64,000 bases of DNA from NCBI GenBank assembly GCA_019912885.1, contig JAIOHV010000149.1:33441-97440 (forward strand), given 5' to 3'. The translations under genes were made by a program, and so were the position numbers. Within the stretch, counting starts at the first letter, position 1. Each line of letters begins with the position of its first letter. This DNA comes from a bacterium (GTDB lineage: Bacteria > Lernaellota > Lernaellaia > JACKCT01). The notes beneath the pieces are model-generated. The model was given only the letters and a program-made list of their open reading frames with translations. It did not search any database and was not told the origin of the DNA. Of this stretch, positions 28,164 through 37,743 are shown in pieces.

Positions 28164-30539
28164 ATGGGTCGCACGATCGGAAAGGTCGCCGTGTTGGGAT
28201 CGGGCGTCATGGGCTCGGGTATCGCCGCCCATCTCGCCGGTTGCGGTTATCCCGTCCTGATGCTCGACATCACGCCCTCAAAGGCCGGTGAAACGCCCGC
28301 CAAGACGCCCGCCGAACGCAATCGGATCGCGGCGGCGAGCGTCGAGGGCATGAAAAAGGCGCGCCCGCCAAAACTATTCTCGAAAAACGACCTCGCGCGG
28401 ATCGAGATCGGCAACTTCGAGGACCACATCAGCCGTATCGCCGAGTGCGACTGGATCATCGAGGCGATCGTCGAGGACCTCGCACCCAAGAAGGAAATCC
28501 TCGCCCTTGTCGATAAACATCGCCGCAAGGATGCGATCGTCACGACGAACACCTCCGGCATCTCCGTCGAGAAGATGGTCGAGGATTGCTCGGACGACAT
28601 GAAGAGGCATTTCCTCGGAACGCACTTTTTCAACCCCGTCCGCTTCATGAAGCTGCTCGAAATCATTCCGCATCCGAAATCGGATCCGGAGGTGGTCAAA
28701 TTCGCGGCGGACTTCTGCGCGAACGAGCTCGGAAAAGGCGTCGTCTGGTGCAAGGACACGCCGAATTTCATCGCCAACCGCATCGGGATGCACGCGATCT
28801 GCGTCACGATGAACGAAATGGTCGAGCGCGGCCTGCGTATCGAGGAGGTCGACGCGATCGTCGGCGAGCCGCTTGGCCGCCCCCGTTCCGCCGCCTTCCG
28901 AACCTCCGACCTCGTCGGCCTGGACACAATGAATCACGTCGCGGCCACGGTTTACAACAATTGCGCGGGCGATGAGGAGCGCGAGGTTTTCCGGATGCCG
29001 GCGTTCGTCGGCAAGCTCATCGAGCAGGGCAAGCTCGGCGACAAGACCGGCTCGGGCTTTTACGGGCGCAAGGGTAAGGAAAAGCTGGTCGTCAACCCGC
29101 AAACGCTCGAATACGAACCGGTGCAACAGGTGGAGCTTGCGTCCGTCGCCTCGGCGATGGAGGTGAAAAAGCTGCCCGATCGCGTCAAGCGCGTCGTGTT
29201 CGGCGACGACAAGGCGGCCGAATTCGCGCGTGCCGTGGCTTTTCGCGGCCTGATCTACGCGGCCAATCGCATCCCGGAGATCGCCGATTCGATCGTCGAG
29301 GTCGATAACGCGATGCAGTGGGGCTTCAACTGGCAGGCCGGGCCGTTCCGCACGTGGGACGCGATCGGGCTTGCGGAATCGGTCGCGCGCATGAAGGCCG
29401 AGGGTTACAACGTTCCGGCGAAGATCACGGAGATGCTCGCCAAGGGCAACACCGTCTTCTACAAAACCGAGGGCGGCAAGGACTTCGCCTACGACCTGCT
29501 GGAACACCGCTACGTGGAAATCGCGAAGGATCCGCAGGTCATCATCCTCAAGGATCTGCCGAAAGAATCCGTCTTCGAAAAGAACGACGGCGCGACGATT
29601 CGCGACATCGGCGACGGCATCGCTTGCCTCGAGTTCCACACGAAAATGAACTCGATCGACCCGGACATCATCGCCATGATGGAGCGTTGCGCCGACCTGC
29701 TCGACGAGGGTCGATTCGAGGGGCTCGTCGTCGCCAACGACGCGACGGACTTTTGCGTCGGCGCCAATCTTTTCATCGCGCTTGTCGCGGTCAACAACGG
29801 CGAATACGGCCAAGTCGAGGAAGGGCTCAAGCGGTTCCAGGACGCGACGATGCGCCTGAAGTATTCGCCGCGCCCGGTCGTCGTCGCGCCCACCGGCAAG
29901 ACGCTCGGCGGCGGCGCGGAGCTTTGCCTCATGGCCGACCGCATCGCGGGTCACGCGGAGACATACATGGGCCTCATCGAAGTCGGCGTGGGCCTCATCC
30001 CCGCCGGCGGCGGCACGAAAGAAATGACGTTGCGCGCCACCGAGAATCTGCCGGGCAACCCCGTGCCGCTTCTGCCGTACGCGCAAAAGGCGTTCGAGGC
30101 GATCGCCATGGCAAAGGTCTCGGTCGGCTTCAAGGAAGCCGTCGATATCGGTCTCGCGCGGCCCTCCGACGTGTTTATCCCGAGCCGCGACCTGCTGATC
30201 CACGAAGCGAAAACCATCGCGAAGTCGTTGCTCGCCGCGGGCTACCAGAAAGGCCAGCCGCGCACGGACATCGTCGTCGCGGGCGAGTCCGCCAAGGCCG
30301 CGTTCCTCATCGCGGTGGACGGCATGAAACGCGCGGGCTGGGTGTCCGACCACGACGTGAAGATCGCGGGCAAGGTCGCGCACATCGTCGCGGGCGGAAA
30401 GCGCGCCGAGGGTCAGACAATCTCGGAGCAGGAGTTGCTCGACATGGAGCGCGAGGCGTTCATGAGCTTGATCGGCGAAGAAAAGACGCAGGCGCGCATG
30501 CAGCACATGCTGATGAACGGAAAGCCGCTGCGTAACTAG
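28164..30539 (+). CDS. fadN: Bifunctional 3-hydroxyacyl-CoA dehydrogenase (N-terminal) / enoyl-CoA hydratase (C-terminal), FadN-type
   Basis: N-terminal VAVLGSGVMGSGIAAHLAG (3HCDH Rossmann) and C-terminal crotonase fold (GGGAELCLMAD). 791 aa, Bacillus FadN-like domain order. Confidence 0.85.
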   Translation: MGRTIGKVAVLGSGVMGSGIAAHLAGCGYPVLMLDITPSKAGETPAKTPAERNRIAAASVEGMKKARPPKLFSKNDLARIEIGNFEDHISRIAECDWIIEAIVEDLAPKKEILALVDKHRRKDAIVTTNTSGISVEKMVEDCSDDMKRHFLGTHFFNPVRFMKLLEIIPHPKSDPEVVKFAADFCANELGKGVVWCKDTPNFIANRIGMHAICVTMNEMVERGLRIEEVDAIVGEPLGRPRSAAFRTSDLVGLDTMNHVAATVYNNCAGDEEREVFRMPAFVGKLIEQGKLGDKTGSGFYGRKGKEKLVVNPQTLEYEPVQQVELASVASAMEVKKLPDRVKRVVFGDDKAAEFARAVAFRGLIYAANRIPEIADSIVEVDNAMQWGFNWQAGPFRTWDAIGLAESVARMKAEGYNVPAKITEMLAKGNTVFYKTEGGKDFAYDLLEHRYVEIAKDPQVIILKDLPKESVFEKNDGATIRDIGDGIACLEFHTKMNSIDPDIIAMMERCADLLDEGRFEGLVVANDATDFCVGANLFIALVAVNNGEYGQVEEGLKRFQDATMRLKYSPRPVVVAPTGKTLGGGAELCLMADRIAGHAETYMGLIEVGVGLIPAGGGTKEMTLRATENLPGNPVPLLPYAQKAFEAIAMAKVSVGFKEAVDIGLARPSDVFIPSRDLLIHEAKTIAKSLLAAGYQKGQPRTDIVVAGESAKAAFLIAVDGMKRAGWVSDHDVKIAGKVAHIVAGGKRAEGQTISEQELLDMEREAFMSLIGEEKTQARMQHMLMNGKPLRN

Positions 30540-30583
30540 GAATCACCATCCGCGGCGGATGCGTCGCGTAAGGAGAAAAAATC

Positions 30584-31783
30584 ATGAGAGAAGCGCTGAT
30601 TGTTTCCGCCTGCCGGACGGCCGTGGGGCGCGCCAAGCGCGGATCGCTCGTGGATACGCGGCCGGACGACATGGGCGCGGTGGTCATGAGCGAGGCGATC
30701 AAGCGGGCCGGCGTCGATCCGGAAATCGTCGAGGACGCGCACATCGGCTGCGCCATGCCGGAAGGCGAGCAGGGCATGAACGTCGCCCGCATCGCGGTGC
30801 TGCGCGCGGGCTTGCCGCACACGGTTTCCGCGGTGACGGTCAACCGGTTCTGCGCGTCCGGGTTGCAGGCGGTGTGGGGCGCGACCAATGCGATTCAGTC
30901 GGGCTCATGCGACGTGAGCCTCGCCGGCGGTACGGAGTCGATGTCGATGGTGCCGATGGGCGGCAACAAGATCGTGCCGAATCCGTGGCTCGCCGAAAAC
31001 TATCCCGCCGCATACATCAGCATGGGACAGACGGCCGAAAACGTGGCGGCCAAGCGCGGCATCACGCGTGAGGAGCAGGACCGGTTCGCCCTGCGCTCCA
31101 ACGAAAATGCGCTCAAGGCCAACGCGTCAGGTGCGTTCAAGGAGCAGATCGTTCCGCTTAAGACCTTCAAGTACGACGGCCTTGGCGGCGTGAAGGAATT
31201 CACGTTCGACGTCGACGAAGGACCGCGCGAATCCACGCTCGAGGGGCTTTCGTCGCTCAAGCCCGCGTTCGTCAACCCGGCGCTCGCGGACCAGGGATTC
31301 GGTACGGTCACGGCGGGTAACTCGTCGCAGATGTCCGACGGCGCCGCGGCGCTGCTGCTTGTCGAGGGCAAGAAGGCGGCGGCGCTGAACCTTTCGCCGC
31401 TGGCCGCGCTGCGCGGATTTGTCGTCGCGGGACTCGATCCGGAGTACATGGGCGAGGGGCCCGCGTTCGCGATCCCCAAGCTCATCGAACGCTACGGCAA
31501 GCAGTTTGGCATCAAACTCGATGACATCGACGTTTTCGAGATCAACGAGGCGTTCGCCTCGCAGGCCGTGTACAGCGTGAAACACGTCGGCATCGATCCG
31601 GACAAGGTCAATCCGAACGGCGGCGCGATCGCGCTTGGGCATCCGCTCGGTTGCACCGGCGCCAAGCTCTCGACGCAGGTCGTTTACTGGCTTCGCGACA
31701 ACAAGAAAAAGTGGGGCGTCGTCTCGATGTGCATCGGCGGCGGCATGGGCGCCGCGGGCCTGTTCGAGAACCTTACGCTCTAG
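30584..31783 (+). CDS. fadA: Acetyl-CoA C-acyltransferase (3-ketoacyl-CoA thiolase)
   Basis: Thiolase motifs VNRFCASGLQAV (active Cys), GNSSQMSDGAAA, and CIGGGMGAA at the C-terminus. Confidence 0.9.
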   Translation: MREALIVSACRTAVGRAKRGSLVDTRPDDMGAVVMSEAIKRAGVDPEIVEDAHIGCAMPEGEQGMNVARIAVLRAGLPHTVSAVTVNRFCASGLQAVWGATNAIQSGSCDVSLAGGTESMSMVPMGGNKIVPNPWLAENYPAAYISMGQTAENVAAKRGITREEQDRFALRSNENALKANASGAFKEQIVPLKTFKYDGLGGVKEFTFDVDEGPRESTLEGLSSLKPAFVNPALADQGFGTVTAGNSSQMSDGAAALLLVEGKKAAALNLSPLAALRGFVVAGLDPEYMGEGPAFAIPKLIERYGKQFGIKLDDIDVFEINEAFASQAVYSVKHVGIDPDKVNPNGGAIALGHPLGCTGAKLSTQVVYWLRDNKKKWGVVSMCIGGGMGAAGLFENLTL

Positions 31784-31807
31784 TCATTCGACCAGACGCG
31801 AACGCAG

Positions 31808-31846
31808 ACGGCGGCGCCGCAAGGCCCCGCCGTTTTGTTTTCATCG
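31808..31846 (+). terminator. Putative rho-independent terminator after fadA
   Basis: GC-rich dyad GGCGGCGCCGCAAGGCCCCGCC followed by GTTTTGTTTT. Confidence 0.45.
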
Positions 31847-31867
31847 GGAAATTCACGCCGGAAATTG

Positions 31868-33197
31868 GGTTCATCGCGGATTCCCGTACGTCATCATCCG
31901 ACCATCTCGTAGCGTGACTCGTGGAGGGCGAGGATTTTCAGCTTGAAAAACTCGCGGTCGCGGAATCCGTAGGCTTGTCGTTTGAGCGTTTTGATTTTGT
32001 TGTTGGTCCCTTCGAGGGCGGCGGTGGAGATGGGGTGGTCGTACCAGGCGAGGAGGCCGAAGCGATGGTAGGCCAGGGTGCGGGCCATGTCTTTGAGGGT
32101 TTTCACGTCGGAGCCGTCGGCCCATCGCACCCACTGGTCGAGGAAGCGGGCGGCGGCCTTTTTGTCCTGTTGCTCCCAGAACAGTCGCAGTTGCTCTTTC
32201 AGGTAGTACGCCCGGGCCAGCGGCTCATTGAATTTCAGCGCGTCTTCCAGGCGGCGGGCTTCCTGCCGCGTCGGGTTCAGATTCTCGGGGTTTTTCATCA
32301 GGAGCCAACGCACCCCTTTGAGCATTTGCCGGCCCATCGCGTCGGCTTCCCGCGCGAGTTTCCGCCGAAGCTCCGAGAGTTTCTCGTTGAACAGCTTCAC
32401 GACGTGAAAGCGGTCAAAGACGATGGCTGCGCCGGGAAGGTGCGTCATGGCCGAAGCCCAATACGCCGGGGCCAGGTCCGTCGCGACCGCCTTGATCCGC
32501 GCGCCGGCGCGTTTGAGCCTGGCCCAGAAGGGCGCAAGCGCATCGGCGCCTTTCCCGTCCCCGACAAACACCACCGCTCCCGTATCCAGGTCGAGCACCA
32601 CCGTCAGGTACTTGCGTCCCTTCCGCTCGGCGATCTCGTCGATCGCGATCCGCTTGAGCTTCCGCAGCGGAATGCGCCGGAATCGCCGCCGCAGGTAGCG
32701 CTTCTGGATGTCCTTCACCACGTGCCATCCGATGGAAAGGTGACGGGCGACCGACTGGATCGTCATGTGCCGGGAGAGCTCCAGCACGAAGCGCTCGAAG
32801 CTCCGCGTGAAGCGGCGATGCTCATCCGCGAAAGACAGACGGACCTGCCGAACCGCGCCACACGCCCGGCATTCCAACCGAGGTACCGCGTAACGCAGAA
32901 CGATCACCTGCCTCCCGATCGGAGGCGCCAGAAATTCCCGCGGCACATTCCCGCGACGGATCACCGCCCGAGACCCGCACAACGAACATCCAAGACGAAT
33001 CGTCGTCGCCTCCATCTCCATGACGCAGCGACCCCCGTGAAATCGAAGCCCACTTACCCGATAGCCCCACACCCCAAGACCGTGGTACAAGAAATCGTCG
33101 GACATCGCCCACCCCTTTCGGTTCGAGTTTCTGCAACCCGAAAGGTAAGCCTTGTCCGACTTTTTCGCTCTTCACGTACGGGAATCCGCGAAGAACC
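31868..33197 (-). mobile_element. ISL3-family insertion sequence (~1.33 kb) with 24-bp imperfect terminal inverted repeats and 8-bp imperfect target duplication
   Basis: Left IR GGTTCATCGCGGATTCCCGTACGT (31868-31891) pairs with the reverse complement of the right IR ACGTACGGGAATCCGCGAAGAACC (33174-33197), 22/24 matches. The IRs start GGTTC, like the ISL3 GGCTCTTCG consensus. Flanks are GGAAATTG (left) and GGAATTTT (right). Encloses the transposase ORF. Confidence 0.75.
31894..33105 (-). CDS. ISL3 family transposase
   Basis: 403 aa with an N-terminal zinc-finger-like Cys pairs (CSLCGSR...CRACG) and a DDE domain. Strong resemblance to ISL3 transposases. Confidence 0.85.
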   Translation of the reverse strand: MSDDFLYHGLGVWGYRVSGLRFHGGRCVMEMEATTIRLGCSLCGSRAVIRRGNVPREFLAPPIGRQVIVLRYAVPRLECRACGAVRQVRLSFADEHRRFTRSFERFVLELSRHMTIQSVARHLSIGWHVVKDIQKRYLRRRFRRIPLRKLKRIAIDEIAERKGRKYLTVVLDLDTGAVVFVGDGKGADALAPFWARLKRAGARIKAVATDLAPAYWASAMTHLPGAAIVFDRFHVVKLFNEKLSELRRKLAREADAMGRQMLKGVRWLLMKNPENLNPTRQEARRLEDALKFNEPLARAYYLKEQLRLFWEQQDKKAAARFLDQWVRWADGSDVKTLKDMARTLAYHRFGLLAWYDHPISTAALEGTNNKIKTLKRQAYGFRDREFFKLKILALHESRYEMVG

Positions 33198-33246
33198 GGA
33201 ATTTTGCAAGTTTAAGTACCGGAGATATTGCGAGAGGATTTCGCGA

Positions 33247-33654
33247 TTGGACACGCTGTCATTGAAAGAGCGCTCGGAACGCATGGCGCGTGTGCGTGCC
33301 AAGGATACGAAACCGGAAATGCTCGTCCGAAGTCTTGCGCACTCTCTTGGATATCGATACCGTCTCCATGCTCGCGATTTGCCTGGATGTCCTGATCTGG
33401 TTTTCAGACGACGACGAAAAGTTATTTTCGTAAACGGTTGCTTTTGGCATCGCCACGCTCGTTGCGCTCTAGCGCGATTGCCGAAATCCCGACGTGAGTT
33501 TTGGGTGCCCAAGCTCGAAGCCAACAAAGCACGCGACAGGCGTATTAGACGCGCTCTTCAAAGAAACGGTTGGAAGGTATTGACGATTTGGGAATGTCAG
33601 ATTAAGGACATTGAGAAGCTGAGCCGAAATTTACGGAGATTCCTCGATGCGTAG
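33247..33654 (+). CDS. vsr: Very-short-patch-repair (Vsr) endonuclease
   Basis: RSERMARVRAKDTKPE...GCPDLVFRRRRKVIFVNGCFWHRH...GWKVLTIWEC are Vsr family motifs. Start is ambiguous (TTG 33247 or ATG 33283) and lies 50 bp from the IS right end. Overlaps the MTase gene by 8 nt. Confidence 0.8.
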   Translation: MDTLSLKERSERMARVRAKDTKPEMLVRSLAHSLGYRYRLHARDLPGCPDLVFRRRRKVIFVNGCFWHRHARCALARLPKSRREFWVPKLEANKARDRRIRRALQRNGWKVLTIWECQIKDIEKLSRNLRRFLDA

Positions 33655-34825
33655 CGTCGAACTGTTCGCCGGGGCGGGCGGGCTCGCCCTTGGAATGAAA
33701 AACGCCGGATTTAACCACGCGCTACTTGTCGAACGCGACCATAGTGCATGCGAAACATTTCGCCAGAATAGGGCACACTATTCCGGTCAAAAATCAAGGT
33801 GGCCTCTTAGGGAACATGACGTAAGTGAGATCGACTATGCGAAATTGCGGAATATTTATGTCGTTTCCGGCGGCCCTCCATGCCAGCCATTCTCTCTTGG
33901 CGGAAAACATCGCGGCTTTATGGACAAGCGCGACATGTTCCCCGAGGCTGTCAGAGCCATCCGAGAGCTTCGGCCACGGGCGTTCATCTTCGAAAATGTC
34001 AAGGGACTTTTAAGGCAAACATTCGCAAGTTATTTCGAATATATACTTCTACAGCTTACGCATCCAAGTTTCAAAAGGCGAGCTTCCGAGGGCTGGTCGG
34101 AACACCGTGACCGCCTAGAAAAGCATCAAACTTCGCGTCGTGGCCGCTCGGAGTACAATGTCGTATTCCGATTGCTGAACGCCGCCGACTTTGGGGTACC
34201 GCAACGTCGCGAGCGCGTTTTTATTGTCGGATTTCGCTCGGATTTGGGCATCCGATGGAGTTTTCCCGAAGGCACGCATTCCGAAGCGGTGCTTTTTCGA
34301 TCACAATGGATTAGCGGCGAGTATTGGGAGAATCATCGAATACCGGGCAAATTTCGTCCAACCTTAACCGATCGCATTCGAATTCGTGTTGAGAAGCTGT
34401 CGCGCAATCCGGCGCTTGAATTTGGGAAGAAGCCATGGCGCACCGTCCGAGACGCGATACACGATCTGCCAGACCCCGAAAAAACTTCTCGTAACGATTA
34501 TCTAAATCATACATTCGTGCCCGGGGCGCGTATTTACAGAGGGCATACCGGAAGCCCATTCGATGAGCCGGCAAAGACGCTAAAAGCTGGCGATCATGGT
34601 GTACCTGGCGGTGAGAATATGTTAGCTCGCGCGGATGGTTCGGTTCGCTATTTCACGGTTCGCGAGGCGGCACGTTTGCAGACGTTCCCGGACACGTACG
34701 AATTTCCAGTCGTTTGGACAGAATCCATGAGGCAACTTGGAAATGCCGTTCCGGTTGCGTTAAGCGAAACGATAGCAACATCAGTCGCAAAGACCCTCAA
34801 GTCTCAGACAGTCTGCGAAGAGTGA
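33647..34825 (+). CDS. DNA (cytosine-5)-methyltransferase, type II R-M system
   Basis: C5-MTase motifs I (ELFAGAGGL), IV (GGPPCQPFS), VI (ENVKGL), VIII (QRRERVFIVG) and X (GNAVPVAL). Confidence 0.9.
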   Translation: MRSVELFAGAGGLALGMKNAGFNHALLVERDHSACETFRQNRAHYSGQKSRWPLREHDVSEIDYAKLRNIYVVSGGPPCQPFSLGGKHRGFMDKRDMFPEAVRAIRELRPRAFIFENVKGLLRQTFASYFEYILLQLTHPSFKRRASEGWSEHRDRLEKHQTSRRGRSEYNVVFRLLNAADFGVPQRRERVFIVGFRSDLGIRWSFPEGTHSEAVLFRSQWISGEYWENHRIPGKFRPTLTDRIRIRVEKLSRNPALEFGKKPWRTVRDAIHDLPDPEKTSRNDYLNHTFVPGARIYRGHTGSPFDEPAKTLKAGDHGVPGGENMLARADGSVRYFTVREAARLQTFPDTYEFPVVWTESMRQLGNAVPVALSETIATSVAKTLKSQTVCEE

Positions 34826-34833
34826 CGCCTAAA

Positions 34834-35664
34834 ATGTCACGCGAAATTGAAAACATAGCTGCGCAGCTTCGGGACCTTTCGGAACGGCTCGCTGCGGAAG
34901 AAACCACGAGCCTAACCGCGCCGCGCGCCCGTAAAGCTCGCAGGACGATTGCCGCAGCTTATGAAAAAATCCGCATTGTTCTAGACGATCTCGATCCCAT
35001 TAAGCACCCCGGGTACGTATTCAAACCATCGAATCCGGAGGTTGCTGGACGAATTATTGGAGTCGCATTGATCGCTCAACCACGCAAACCCATGGAGGCG
35101 ATCGCGAGATTTTACGGATCCGGTGTCTATGCTCTTTATTATCGCGGTAATTTTCATGCGTATAAACGAATTTCAGGAATGGAACATCCCATTTATATTG
35201 GAAAGGCAGACCCTGCTAAACCAAACAGTGAAACAGCGCTTGAACAGGGTGATCGCCTTGCGAGGCGACTTAAAGAACATAGTAAAAATCTTGTGAAAGT
35301 GAGTACGACGCTCAATCTGAACGATTTCGAATATCGCGCCCTAGTGGTGCAAACTGGCTATCAATCGGCTGCGGAAGAGTATTTGATCAATCTTTTTAAG
35401 CCCATTTGGAATAAAGAGATCGAAATATGTTACGGCTTTGGTAAACACGGGGACTCTCCGGATACGCGCGCAAATTTACGTTCTCCTTGGGACACGCTCC
35501 ACCCCGGACGCGAATGGGCTCACCGAGATCCGAACATGAAGGATGCTCGTTTGCAATCAACTTTGATACAAGCGATTGCGGCACATTTCGCGAAATATCC
35601 ACCGCTGCGGTCGGTTGACGAAATTCTGCGAAGATTTCTCGATGAAATGCGCGAGATTTCTTAG
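34834..35664 (+). CDS. GIY-YIG family type II restriction endonuclease (Eco29kI/NgoMIII-like)
   Basis: GVYALYYRGNFHAYKRISGMEHPIYIGKA...R...EH is a GIY-(x10-11)-YIG core with downstream Arg/Glu. Lies immediately 3' of the C5-MTase, 8-nt gap, same low GC. Confidence 0.6.
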   Translation: MSREIENIAAQLRDLSERLAAEETTSLTAPRARKARRTIAAAYEKIRIVLDDLDPIKHPGYVFKPSNPEVAGRIIGVALIAQPRKPMEAIARFYGSGVYALYYRGNFHAYKRISGMEHPIYIGKADPAKPNSETALEQGDRLARRLKEHSKNLVKVSTTLNLNDFEYRALVVQTGYQSAAEEYLINLFKPIWNKEIEICYGFGKHGDSPDTRANLRSPWDTLHPGREWAHRDPNMKDARLQSTLIQAIAAHFAKYPPLRSVDEILRRFLDEMREIS

Positions 35665-35707
35665 GACCTTATTTTGCAGACGTAAGAAATCAGATCGGCG
35701 ACGTCGC

Positions 35708-35733
35708 GACGGCATGCCGATTTTTTTGGCGGT
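35708..35733 (+). terminator. Rho-independent terminator after the restriction endonuclease gene
   Basis: CGGCATGCCG palindrome followed by TTTTTTT. Confidence 0.5.
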
Positions 35734-35836
35734 TGATACGTGTGTGACGGCTGGATTTTCCGAACGCGCGGCGCTAACAGTATTCGATGTAAGCCTTTTA
35801 TATTATGTGCGAGCGTTACGCTCCCCGGAGGAGCCC

Positions 35837-36919
35837 ATGCGTGTTAATCGGCTGTCGATGTTGGCGCTATGCGTAGCCTTGTTTGCTTGCTCGCTGGGCT
35901 GCGGTTGCGGATGCGGCGATGACGACGACGATTCCTCCGGCGATGACGCGGACGACGACGCAGGCGACGACGATTCGGGCGATGACGATGACAATGCGGG
36001 CGATGACGACGACGCGACGGATGACGATGCGGACGACGACGCTACGCCGGTATTTACATCAATCCCCTCCGGTTCGTTCACCATGGGAAGCCCCGTTTCC
36101 GAAGCGGGACGATACGACAACGAGACGCAACACACCGTGACGCTGACGCGGGGATTCGAGATCGCCGTTCACGAAACGACGCAGGACGAATACGCGGCGC
36201 TGATGACCTGGAATCCGAGCAAGTTCGGTCCCGAATGGCCGTACGACGAATATCCGGAATGCGGGGGCGATTGTCCGGTCGAAAACGTGAGCTGGTTCGA
36301 TGCCCTGTCTTACGCGAACGAGCTTTCGGAGCAGGCCGGTTACGATCCGTGTTTTCTCATCGGCGAAATCGCGTGCGCGGATGGTTCGCTCGTCGGCTCA
36401 AACGCCGCAAGTTGCCGCAACCAGGTTCAGCGTGGCATCGCTGACGCGCAGGTCACTCTGCACGCAGTGACGTCGGTCTACGATTGCGAAGGCTATCGCC
36501 TGCCGACGGAGGCCGAGTGGGAGTACGCGGCGCGGGCGGGCGCCCTTTCGGCCTATCACGACGGCACGGACAGCGACGGAACGCACCTTCTATGCGAGAC
36601 GCCGTTCCCCCTGACGGATATCGCCTGGTATTGCGCGAACGGGAACGACACGACGCACCCCGTCGCGAGCAACACGCCTAACGCCTGGGGGCTGTTCGAC
36701 ACGAGTGGCAACGTCTTTGAATGGACGTGGGACTGGTTCGGCGACTACCCCGGTTCGGTGATCGATCCGGAAGGCGGATGGCCCGCAAACGACAGGGTCA
36801 GCCGCGGAGGTCATTTCGGCGCGGATGCCGCGGCCGTACGTTCCGCGTATCGCGGTGGCATCGGTCCAGGGGCGCAGGATCGTTTTCAGGGATTTCGTCT
36901 CGTTCGAACCGAGCCCTGA
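35837..36919 (+). CDS. Lipoprotein with poly-Asp linker and FGE-sulfatase (SUMF1/formylglycine-generating-enzyme family) domain
   Basis: Signal peptide plus lipobox MRVNRLSMLALCVALFACSLGCGCGCGDDDDDSSGDDADDDAGDDDSGDDDDNAGDDDDATDDDADDDA. Then FTMGSPVSEAGRYDNETQHTVTLTRGFEI...HETTQDEY...NVFEWTWDW of the FGE-sulfatase fold. RBS GGAGGAG upstream. Confidence 0.75.
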   Translation: MRVNRLSMLALCVALFACSLGCGCGCGDDDDDSSGDDADDDAGDDDSGDDDDNAGDDDDATDDDADDDATPVFTSIPSGSFTMGSPVSEAGRYDNETQHTVTLTRGFEIAVHETTQDEYAALMTWNPSKFGPEWPYDEYPECGGDCPVENVSWFDALSYANELSEQAGYDPCFLIGEIACADGSLVGSNAASCRNQVQRGIADAQVTLHAVTSVYDCEGYRLPTEAEWEYAARAGALSAYHDGTDSDGTHLLCETPFPLTDIAWYCANGNDTTHPVASNTPNAWGLFDTSGNVFEWTWDWFGDYPGSVIDPEGGWPANDRVSRGGHFGADAAAVRSAYRGGIGPGAQDRFQGFRLVRTEP

Positions 36920-36984
36920 TCGCGTCGTTCAAGGCCGGCGTCACGCGTCGATCACGGGGTCAACGCGCGTTCATCGAGCGCGTG

Positions 36985-37743
36985 TCAATATTTCTTGTCG
37001 AAGAAAATTTTCCCGGTCTCGCGATCCCCGAGGATCAGCCGCGGCTGCGAGCCCACGAGAATATTCGTCTCCACCGTCTTCCAGAATCGTTCGTTACCCT
37101 TGATGACAAACGACTTGTATTGGACGGACTTGAGATCCACAACCTTGAAGAAAACATAGAGCCGAACATTTTCGCGGTTCCGCTCGATGGACAGTCCGTC
37201 CTCCTCGCTTGCCGGGATGACGATGTACTCTTGAACGACGCCCGGCTCCTGGGCGTCGATTTGCGTGTAAGGCCGCGTGTAGAACGGGATCGAATCGAAC
37301 AGGATGCCGTTGACCGTGTGCGGCGCGCCGACGAGCATCTGCGCGCGGTTGATGTTCTCGCGCACGACGAAAACGAAGCCCTGCTGACCGATGTCGTAGT
37401 TCGGGACGTCGAGTTCGAAATAATAGGTCGCGTCCTTCGCTTCGTCGCGAACCGCCTTCAGCTCCCTGAGCTTTTGCTGATACTCGTCGGATTTCATGTA
37501 GAACTTCCGCTCAAGCGGCGTCATCGCCGAGGTTTTCAAACCGTAGTACGCGATGGCGTCCAGGTCGAAGATCGGCATCAGTTTTGACGGATCGGTTCCC
37601 CGGCTCGTCGTAAGCAATTCCCGGAGCTCCGATTCGCCCTCGGCAAAGGATACGGGCGCGAACGCCATGACGGCCGTCGCGATGAGGACCGCGATGCATA
37701 CGAGCGCGCTTCGCCGACATTCCGTTGTTCGGTTCGGGATCAT
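36985..37743 (-). CDS. Secreted hypothetical protein
   Basis: Signal peptide MIPNRTTECRRSALVCIAVLIATAVMAFAPVSFA. No recognised domain. GC somewhat below local average. Confidence 0.4.
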   Translation of the reverse strand: MIPNRTTECRRSALVCIAVLIATAVMAFAPVSFAEGESELRELLTTSRGTDPSKLMPIFDLDAIAYYGLKTSAMTPLERKFYMKSDEYQQKLRELKAVRDEAKDATYYFELDVPNYDIGQQGFVFVVRENINRAQMLVGAPHTVNGILFDSIPFYTRPYTQIDAQEPGVVQEYIVIPASEEDGLSIERNRENVRLYVFFKVVDLKSVQYKSFVIKGNERFWKTVETNILVGSQPRLILGDRETGKIFFDKKY

